Positions 10,227-17,625 of a DNA stretch of 64,000 bases are shown piece by piece. The stretch is from Hyunsoonleella sp. 2307UL5-6. Lineage in GTDB: Bacteria > Bacteroidota > Bacteroidia > Flavobacteriales > Flavobacteriaceae. The stretch is taken from positions 14,142 through 78,141 of the forward strand of contig NZ_JBLFEN010000005.1 in the NCBI RefSeq assembly GCF_047345485.1. Reading direction: 5' to 3'. How positions within the stretch are numbered: position 1 is the stretch's first letter; every line of letters starts with the position of its first letter. The notes under the pieces were generated by a model, which searched no databases, had not been told where the DNA came from, and saw nothing but the letters and a program-made list of their open reading frames with translations. Position numbers and translations under genes: made by a program.

Positions 10227-11618
10227 TTATATCTCATTTCTAAGTTCCTCCAAACGTGTTTTTTTATCATCTCGATAAAACAAATTCATGGTTTCAAAAG
10301 GGATAATTTTATTGTCTTTATCCACAATATGCACACAGGATTTTTTTATGGCGCGTACATCAAAGTTATAAGCATCAATAAATTGCATAATAATGATACG
10401 AAATAAATTATCGTAACCCAAGTTTGGCGCATCAATATTTGGCAAGCAGCACATAATGCTTTTCAGATTTTCTTCGGCAACCTCAACCGAATTTCCTGTG
10501 CTAAATAACTCAATCATTTTGTCCTGTAATTGTGAGTCTTGTTCGTAAATAATGGTATTTTTACTATTATCTAGCAAATCATTTGGGTTAATATAACGCG
10601 TTAAAGGGAACACCTCATCATCCAATTTCAAAGCATAACCCATCACCAAGGCATCAGGATTGCAAGGTACGGGTAGTAAATCATCTGGATTAAAAATATC
10701 GGTTTGTTCCATTATTTTTCGGCGCACTTCGGTAAGTGTCATTCTATCGGTTTCAGGATTAAAATGCTCTAAACGACCCGCAATTTGCGTAGGTTGCAGC
10801 GTTACACCACGCAAACATTTTTGTTTTAAAGCATAATCAATAATTTTCCCTATTTCATGGTCGTTCAAACCTTTTTGAAGCGTTACCACCAACGTCGTTG
10901 ATAGGTTTACAGCATTCAAATTAGCAATGGCTTGCTCACGAATATCATTCAAATCCGCACCACGAAGTTCGCGCAACACGCTATTTTCAAACGAGTCAAA
11001 CTGCAAATAAATTTCAAAATCTGGCGCGTAGGTTTTTAGTCGTTCCGCGAAAGCGCTATCCTTTGCAATTTTAATGCCGTTGGTGTTCAACATTAAATGC
11101 CTAATTGGGAGCGATTTTGCATAATCCATAATCTCCCAAAACTGCGGATGAATGGTGGGTTCGCCACCCGAAATTTGTACCACATCAGGCTCTTTTTCGT
11201 TCCTAACAATTGTGTCTAACATTGCTTTTACCTCGTCTAAAGTGCGGTGCCTGCCATAGGTTGGCGATGAGCCCGCGTAACAGGTTGGGCAGGTTAAATT
11301 ACAACGGTCTGTAACCTCCACAACCGTTAAACAAGAATGCTGCTCATGGTCGGGGCACAATCCGCAATCATAAGGACAACCATAATGGGTTTGCGTGTTA
11401 AATTTATATGGCGTTTCACTTGGTTTGTTGTAGTTTCTAATATTTTTGTAATACTCAATATCATCCGCAATTAACACCTTTGAGTTTCCGTGCTCGTTGC
11501 AACGTTTCAGCATGTACACATTGCCATTTTCAAAAACAATTTTGGCATCTACACGCTTTAAACACTCGTGGCAGAGACTTAATGTAAAATCGTAATAGGT
11601 GTATTTTCTAACTGGCAT
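10227..11618 (-). CDS. radical SAM enzyme with N-terminal Cys-rich extension
   Basis: CNLTCPTCYA (CxxxCxxC) core motif preceded by CHECLKR...C..H and CPYDCGLCPDHEQHSC Cys/His clusters. 463 aa. Sits in an apparent operon with lgt. Confidence 0.85.
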   Translation of the reverse strand: MPVRKYTYYDFTLSLCHECLKRVDAKIVFENGNVYMLKRCNEHGNSKVLIADDIEYYKNIRNYNKPSETPYKFNTQTHYGCPYDCGLCPDHEQHSCLTVVEVTDRCNLTCPTCYAGSSPTYGRHRTLDEVKAMLDTIVRNEKEPDVVQISGGEPTIHPQFWEIMDYAKSLPIRHLMLNTNGIKIAKDSAFAERLKTYAPDFEIYLQFDSFENSVLRELRGADLNDIREQAIANLNAVNLSTTLVVTLQKGLNDHEIGKIIDYALKQKCLRGVTLQPTQIAGRLEHFNPETDRMTLTEVRRKIMEQTDIFNPDDLLPVPCNPDALVMGYALKLDDEVFPLTRYINPNDLLDNSKNTIIYEQDSQLQDKMIELFSTGNSVEVAEENLKSIMCCLPNIDAPNLGYDNLFRIIIMQFIDAYNFDVRAIKKSCVHIVDKDNKIIPFETMNLFYRDDKKTRLEELRNEI

Positions 11619-11688
11619 AAATTTTTTATTTTAAAGATTCCTTTAATCCCTCTAAAAGAGGAAAGTCAAATTGGGTATTATTTGGTTA

Positions 11689-12429
11689 TTATTTTCTTCT
11701 CTTCGGGGAGGTTAGTAGGGACTTATAATACACCCAACAAACTATGCACAATATTTGAATCGTACTTAACCCAAACATATAAAAAACATTTGGTTTTAAA
11801 AATTCTATACAAAAGCGAAACCCGAAATATAAAATCATAAACCATTTAAACAGATCGCCATTTTTTAAATCATGATGCTTTTGTAGCTGTTTCAAACTAA
11901 AAAAAAGTAGAATTAAAAACACCAATTCGTATAAAGATGTTGGATGTCGTAATACACCGTCTCCCAAATCTATTCCCATAAAAAACGACGTTTCTTTTCC
12001 GTAGGTAAACTCTTTTATTCCAGATAAAAAGCAACCGATACGCCCAATAAAAATGCCTAAGATAATTGGGAATACAAACAAATCGCCCGAAGATTTGGTT
12101 TCACCAATGCGTTTTTTAGCAAACTCAACCCCCAATAAACCTCCAAATAAACCGCCCATAATGGTTTTGGTGTTTAATAATTTAATAAGGTTATCTTGCG
12201 AAAATTCAATCATCGGGTTTTCCAGAAAGCCTATCAATCTGGAGCCAATAAGCGCTCCCAAAGCAGCACCCAAAATTATGGATAAGCGATTATTTAAGGA
12301 GATAACATCTTTCTGTTTTCGCCTTAACATCACATAATACCGAAATCCCACAAAAAATGCCAAATACTCTAATATTAAATGAATATTTACAGGGTATCCA
12401 AAAAGTTCTGGCTCAAAAGGTATTTGCAC
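11689..12429 (-). CDS. lgt: prolipoprotein diacylglyceryl transferase
   Basis: Lgt signature segments GGLFGGLLG, GRIGCFLSG (cf. GRLGNFING in E. coli Lgt), RHPTSLYEL and FGFRFCIEFLKP. Polytopic membrane protein. Confidence 0.8.
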   Translation of the reverse strand: MQIPFEPELFGYPVNIHLILEYLAFFVGFRYYVMLRRKQKDVISLNNRLSIILGAALGALIGSRLIGFLENPMIEFSQDNLIKLLNTKTIMGGLFGGLLGVEFAKKRIGETKSSGDLFVFPIILGIFIGRIGCFLSGIKEFTYGKETSFFMGIDLGDGVLRHPTSLYELVFLILLFFSLKQLQKHHDLKNGDLFKWFMILYFGFRFCIEFLKPNVFYMFGLSTIQILCIVCWVYYKSLLTSPKRRK

Positions 12430-12623
12430 TAAATTATAAAGGTGTTGATTAACGCGTTGTATTTTAACAAAATTAGTCTTTAAAAAAGAGTATCAATATA
12501 ACATCTCATACCTCAAGCATTACTCTAATTGACATCTTCTAACAGTATGTATTTAAAATGCGTAACAGGCTTATTATTAAAATTTTATACTAATTTTGCT
12601 GTACAACCACCAAAAATACTATA

Positions 12624-13757
12624 ATGAAACGATTATTTACGCTAACTTTTTTTCTTTTTGGAATAGTTAACTCCAATGCACAAATATCTAACGTACAAGA
12701 AGAGTTTCCTTTACCTGCCAGTTTAAGTGAATCATCTGGAGCTATAATGATTAATGGTAAACTAATTACCCACAACGATTCTGGCGGACAAAACGAACTG
12801 TATGAGTTAGATTTAAATACCCAAACGGTAACAAGAACAGTAACTATTACAAACGCAACTCATATAGATTGGGAAGATATTACGCAAGACGACACCCATA
12901 TTTATATTGGAGATTTTGGCAACAATAATGGTGATAGAACCGATTTAAAAATTTATAAAATTTTGAAAACTGACTACTTAATTAGTACATCAGTAACTGC
13001 CGAAATTATTAATTTTAGTTATGCAAATCAATCTGATTTTACATCAAATCCACAAAACACGCCTTGGGATGCTGAGGCGATACTCTCATTAAACACCACA
13101 GACTTGGTACTAATAAGTAAAAATTGGGTTAACGGTATATCTAGCGCATACATTATTTCTAAAACTCCTGGTACTTACAGTTTAGCTCCACTATCTTCAA
13201 CCTTAAATAGTGGCGGTTTAATTACTGGCGCAACCTTTAATACACTAAGTGGAAAAATATATTTGGTAGGGTATACAACCGTTTTACAGCCATTTATATG
13301 GAGTAGCGATAATTTTTCTGGCACTGATATTTTTTCTGGTAATAATACCCAAACTATGTTATCATCATTACAATTAGAACAAACTGAAGCGATAACCTAT
13401 ACAAGCGAAAAGGATTATTTACTCACCTCAGAACGTTTTAATAGAAATGTAGGTGGTTTTACGTTTTCAGATACTGCAAAATTAGTGTCGTTTTCAACAT
13501 CAGATACGACGTTGTCTTTAAAGACTGCGCCAACTAATTCCAAAAATATCTCATTATATCCAAATCCAGTTTCGCAATTATTACATATTAAAGGTAATCA
13601 TATAACTTATGTGCAACTATTAAATATGCAATCTGCACCACTTTATAAAAATACAGGTAAAACTATAGATATGTCTTTGTATAGTTCTGGCATTTATATA
13701 GTAAAAATAAATTTTAGTGATGGCTCATATACTTTAAAAAAAGTAATAAAACTTTAA
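12624..13757 (+). CDS. secreted protein with T9SS (Por secretion) C-terminal sorting domain
   Basis: N-terminal signal peptide (MKRLFTLTFFLFGIVNSNAQ). C-terminal about 80 aa of Por_Secre_tail type (LYPNPVSQLLHI...IYIVKINFSDGSYTLKKVIKL). Confidence 0.8.
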   Translation: MKRLFTLTFFLFGIVNSNAQISNVQEEFPLPASLSESSGAIMINGKLITHNDSGGQNELYELDLNTQTVTRTVTITNATHIDWEDITQDDTHIYIGDFGNNNGDRTDLKIYKILKTDYLISTSVTAEIINFSYANQSDFTSNPQNTPWDAEAILSLNTTDLVLISKNWVNGISSAYIISKTPGTYSLAPLSSTLNSGGLITGATFNTLSGKIYLVGYTTVLQPFIWSSDNFSGTDIFSGNNTQTMLSSLQLEQTEAITYTSEKDYLLTSERFNRNVGGFTFSDTAKLVSFSTSDTTLSLKTAPTNSKNISLYPNPVSQLLHIKGNHITYVQLLNMQSAPLYKNTGKTIDMSLYSSGIYIVKINFSDGSYTLKKVIKL

Positions 13758-13851
13758 CTCTAAACACCTTTTAAATAGCCGATTATACTTTAATCTAAAA
13801 ATCCTGATATTTATATTCTTCCTTGTATATTTGCAGCCAAATTAAACGTTT

Positions 13852-14502
13852 ATGTTCAAAAAAATAATCTCGCTAGTAATACTAAGTTTAGTATTAAGCT
13901 CTTGTTGGAAAGATAAAAGTCCAGAAGATTTAATTCGGTTAAAGGATAAATTTAAATCTCAAGTCTCCACGTTTGAAAATAAAAAAGAATCTGCAAATAA
14001 GTTTGTAAGTAAGGGATTAACATCTTTAGGTGCTTTAAAATCGGCTTTAGAAGATGCAAAAAATGAAGATAAGGAATTTGCAAAAGTTTATGGCGATTGG
14101 GAAAAGGTAAACAAACGTGTAAATAACTTAAATAAAGAATACGAAGATTTAAAAACGAAGGCTACAAATTTATTTAAAGCTATGGAAACGCAAACCAATA
14201 GTTTAAGTGATGAAAAAAGTAAATCTACCTTACTTCGTGCTATTAGTAAGGCAAAAACAAAGTACAATGCTACATTGGCCAATACCTCGCAAGCTATTGA
14301 TAAACTTAGATTATTACATGGTGATGCCGTAGAAGTGGTGAAGGCGCTAGAAGTTGCTGCTGCCTTAAACTCGTTTGATGCTATAAACGGACAAATGCAA
14401 AGTATAGAAGACCGCGTTGATGGTATTATGGCAGAACTTAATGTTGCCGTTGTAGAAAGCAAAAAACTTTACGAGAAAAAAATTACAGAGTTAGGAGAGT
14501 AA
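13852..14502 (+). CDS. coiled-coil lipoprotein, function unknown
   Basis: Signal peptide with an LSSC lipobox. Alpha-helical and Lys/Glu-rich. Confidence 0.65.
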   Translation: MFKKIISLVILSLVLSSCWKDKSPEDLIRLKDKFKSQVSTFENKKESANKFVSKGLTSLGALKSALEDAKNEDKEFAKVYGDWEKVNKRVNNLNKEYEDLKTKATNLFKAMETQTNSLSDEKSKSTLLRAISKAKTKYNATLANTSQAIDKLRLLHGDAVEVVKALEVAAALNSFDAINGQMQSIEDRVDGIMAELNVAVVESKKLYEKKITELGE

Positions 14503-14525
14503 ACATAACTCTATAATAATTTACA

Positions 14526-14556
14526 GACCTCACAGGTTTTAAAAACCTGTGAGGTC
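14526..14556. repeat. family-A palindromic element gacctcacaggttttaaaaacctgtgaggtc (terminator-like)
   Basis: Perfect 13-bp inverted repeat followed by TTTTTTATTTT. Lies 24 nt after the stop of 13852-14502. Confidence 0.8.
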
Positions 14557-14561
14557 TTTTT

Positions 14562-14730
14562 TATTTTAAAAAACTTAATCGAAAAGAATTCCTCGACGCT
14601 CTGCGTCGAGGTTTCCATTGAAATTGTCATCCCGAACTTGTTTCGGGATCTAAATAACATAATTTCGGTTTTTTGACCAAAAAGTAAAAATAAAACGAGC
14701 GAAATACCTCTATGGCTCTGCCTCGAGGAT
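14562..14730. repeat. composite structured non-coding segment (hairpin cctcgacgctctgcgtcgagg + family-C element cccgaacttgtttcgggatc)
   Basis: Two strong hairpins. The cgaacttgtttcgggatc unit recurs at 41898-41918. Confidence 0.6.
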
Positions 14731-14731
14731 A

Positions 14732-15772
14732 GTGCGTTTCAAGAAATTATTTTATTTTTGCATCAAAATATTTTTTTTGGTTAAAATAGACAACATAGAA
14801 CTTGGCGAATTTCCGTTACTTTTGGCACCTATGGAAGACGTGAGCGATCCACCATTTCGAGCCTTATGTAAGGAGCAAGGTGCCGATGTGGTGTACACCG
14901 AATTTGTATCTAGCGAAGGTTTAATCCGTAACGCTGCTAAAAGCGTGATGAAGTTGGATATTTACGAAAAAGAACGACCAGTTGGCATTCAAATATTTGG
15001 AGCAAACTTAGATAGTATGCTGCAAACCATTGATATTGTTGAAAAATCTAAACCAGATATCATCGATATTAATTTTGGATGTCCCGTAAAAAAAGTAGTA
15101 AGTAAAGGTGCAGGTGCAGGTATTTTAAAAGACATCTGCATGATGGAAAAACTCACTGCAGAAATGGTTAAACGCACCAACTTACCTATTACCGTAAAAA
15201 CGCGTTTAGGTTGGGATCACGATTCTATAAAAATTGTTGAGGTGGCCGAACGTTTACAGGACGTAGGCTGTAAAGCCATTGCCATACATGGACGTACACG
15301 CGCCCAAATGTATAAGGGTGAAGCCGATTGGAAACCTATTGCTGCCGTAAAAAATAACCCACGCATGCACATTCCTGTATTTGGAAATGGCGATGTAAAT
15401 ACACCCGAAAAAGCAGTATTAATGCGTGATGAATTTGGATTAGATGGCGCTATGATTGGGCGTGCCAGTATTGGTAACCCTTGGTTTTTCAAACAGGTAA
15501 AACACTACTTTAAAACAGGCGAACACTTACCGCCTATTTCTTTAGAAGAACGTGTAGAAGCTGCACGCCGCCACTTACAAATGTCTATAGATTGGAAAGG
15601 CGAAATTTTAGGTGTTTTTGAAACCCGACGCCATTATACCAATTACTTTAAAGGCATTCCGCATTTTAAAGAATACCGCATGAAAATGGTAACATCAGAC
15701 CATTCTGAAGATGTATTTGCAGCTTTTGATGAGGTGTTAGAGAAGTTTTCTGGGTATCAGTTTATCGTTTAA
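14732..15772 (+). CDS. dusB: tRNA-dihydrouridine synthase
   Basis: LLLAPMEDVSDPPFR FMN-binding N-terminus and TIM-barrel Dus fold. The ATG at 14732 lies inside the repeat region, so the true start may be a TTG near 14779 (VKIDNIEL). Confidence 0.85.
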   Translation: MRFKKLFYFCIKIFFLVKIDNIELGEFPLLLAPMEDVSDPPFRALCKEQGADVVYTEFVSSEGLIRNAAKSVMKLDIYEKERPVGIQIFGANLDSMLQTIDIVEKSKPDIIDINFGCPVKKVVSKGAGAGILKDICMMEKLTAEMVKRTNLPITVKTRLGWDHDSIKIVEVAERLQDVGCKAIAIHGRTRAQMYKGEADWKPIAAVKNNPRMHIPVFGNGDVNTPEKAVLMRDEFGLDGAMIGRASIGNPWFFKQVKHYFKTGEHLPPISLEERVEAARRHLQMSIDWKGEILGVFETRRHYTNYFKGIPHFKEYRMKMVTSDHSEDVFAAFDEVLEKFSGYQFIV

Positions 15773-15787
15773 AACAACAATATTTTT

Positions 15788-16066
15788 ATGAACAACCACA
15801 TTAAAATTGTGTACTGTACTCAATGCAGATGGCTACTAAGAGCCACTTGGATGTCTCAAGAAGTATTAACTACATTTAATGATGAGGTTGATGAACTTAC
15901 CTTAGTTCCTAGTACAGGCGGGATTTTTGAAATTTATGCAAATGATAAGCAAATTTGGTCACGAAAAGAAATGAAAGGCTTTCCTGAAATTACCGAATTG
16001 AAAAAACGCGTTAGAGATGTAATAGCTCCAGAGAGAGATTTAGGTCATATAGATCGGAAAAAATAA
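15788..16066 (+). CDS. SelT/SelW/Rdx-family thioredoxin-like protein
   Basis: 92 aa with a CTQC (CxxC/U-type) redox motif at the N-terminus, typical of the Rdx family. Confidence 0.7.
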   Translation: MNNHIKIVYCTQCRWLLRATWMSQEVLTTFNDEVDELTLVPSTGGIFEIYANDKQIWSRKEMKGFPEITELKKRVRDVIAPERDLGHIDRKK

Positions 16067-16503
16067 TTTTTTGTGACACACACCCCTTACTCCCCTCTTT
16101 TTAGAGGGGAAACTCATACCTAACAGTTTTAGCACATTACAGACTACGCTAGCTTAATTCTTAAAAAACATGTACTAGATTTTTATTTGGGCAAATGGCA
16201 AGCCACCGCGCTATCCGCTGTATCTTTTTAGAACGTCATAGCCAGTGCGAATAACGTGGCTATCTACTCCAAGTAGTGTCTAGCATATTAAATAGTGCCA
16301 ATTTTTTCTAAAAAGGATGCCGCTACTATCGCTTTAGCGGGTGTCTGCTAGTTTTGTTTTATGCCTGTAAGCCTTGTTTTACTTGGATAGCTGTTTTCAT
16401 TTAGACAATTAAAAAATTGCCCATTATATAATTGTGTTTTCCTGCGAAGGTTTATAATTTAAGACATATAGTTGAATGAGAATAACATATTACAAAAACT
16501 AAA

Positions 16504-16534
16504 GACCTCACAGGTTTCTAAAACCTGTGAGGTC
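16504..16534. repeat. family-A palindromic element gacctcacaggtttctaaaacctgtgaggtc
   Basis: Same inverted repeat as the other copies. Located 60 nt downstream of the 218-aa gene on the minus strand. Confidence 0.8.
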
Positions 16535-16596
16535 TCTTTTATATTTTTGTAAAACAGTTTTAAAATCGGTGTTTAACACCTATAATGTTGCAGTAA

Positions 16597-17214
16597 TTAA
16601 AGTGGTTTAATACGAAAATCGGTGGATTTATCATCTTCATAATAAATATTTTCAGTGTCAATACGTATACCTTTTTTGGTTATTTCTACTTTGGCGCGTC
16701 GTCCAAAAACGTAAATAAAATAGTAAGGCTTATAAAAATCGTAAAGCGATTTTAAAAAGGCAATGATTAAGTTTAAAGGCTCAATTAAAGGCGTGCATTT
16801 TAGTTGTATGGCAGCCTCCTTTTCCTTCCATGTTTCCCAATCTTTAACAGAGGTGTTATCTTTACCTTCCCAAAATTTATGATTATCTTCTTGTAGGCCC
16901 ATAAAAGAAAACTTCCAGTCTTCAATATCAAACCAATCTAGGCCACCAAGCATAAAGTAAAACTTTTTGTTTACCAAAAAAGAATGTAAATCAAAACACA
17001 TGTAATTATCGTTATAATCTTGGTATTGATGCCATTCTAAAGCCTCTAATTGCGGATAATTTTTAAACACTTGCTGGAAAAACCGTTTTATAAATTCCAA
17101 TTCTTGGTGTTGGTCGCCATAACCACCAAAATGATAATAATAAGCTTTTAAATCTTCAAGAATTTGTTGTGGGTCGTTACTTTTACAAGCCACATCATAA
17201 GCGCTTTCAGTCAT
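16597..17214 (-). CDS. hypothetical protein (Trp/Tyr-rich) in an operon with the Type IIL RM enzyme
   Basis: The ORF runs to 17253, but the M at 17214 (MTESAYDV) leaves a 4-nt gap after the upstream stop, whereas the longer form overlaps by 47 nt. No recognisable domain. Confidence 0.5.
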   Translation of the reverse strand: MTESAYDVACKSNDPQQILEDLKAYYYHFGGYGDQHQELEFIKRFFQQVFKNYPQLEALEWHQYQDYNDNYMCFDLHSFLVNKKFYFMLGGLDWFDIEDWKFSFMGLQEDNHKFWEGKDNTSVKDWETWKEKEAAIQLKCTPLIEPLNLIIAFLKSLYDFYKPYYFIYVFGRRAKVEITKKGIRIDTENIYYEDDKSTDFRIKPL

Positions 17215-17605
17215 TGTTAAAAGGGATAAATTTAGAATTTGTTTTTTCCTCAATTTTTAATCGAGATGCCGGAAAACCGTTGCCATTCATCCAGGATTTA
17301 TAGTCTATTTCCTGAAGATAATCTTGTGCGGTAGGAATAAATTTTCCGCCAAAATCTTCTAGAATATGCTGTTCTGCAATGGCTTTTGTCGATACTTTTT
17401 TGCCATCGGCATTAATAATAAAAACACCAAAAACGCGCTCTATAACATGGTTTACAAACCAACTGTTGTGGGTTAAGGCTCTGTGACGGTTATCGGCAAA
17501 AACAGATTTGCTATCGTCTAGAAAGTTATGGATGTCTATATAATCTTCAAAAATGCCGCCAAAGGTTTTAACGCTACTAAAGGCGTGAATCATGGGTTTG
17601 GACAT
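17207..17605 (-). CDS. hypothetical protein, 132 aa, in an operon with the Type IIL RM enzyme
   Basis: Starts 20 nt after the RM gene stop on the same strand. No recognisable motif. Confidence 0.5.
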   Translation of the reverse strand: MSKPMIHAFSSVKTFGGIFEDYIDIHNFLDDSKSVFADNRHRALTHNSWFVNHVIERVFGVFIINADGKKVSTKAIAEQHILEDFGGKFIPTAQDYLQEIDYKSWMNGNGFPASRLKIEEKTNSKFIPFNND

Positions 17606-17625
17606 GGTTTTTTCGGTATTAAATG

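Noticed and set aside
16067-16596. The ORF-free GC-elevated region considered as tmRNA, RNase P RNA, SRP RNA or 6S RNA.
   Set aside because: No conserved tRNA-like acceptor/T-arm ending, no RNase P P4 (AGGAAAGUCCGGGCUC) motif and no SRP domain IV motif could be recognised by eye. Only a generic possible-ncRNA finding is kept.
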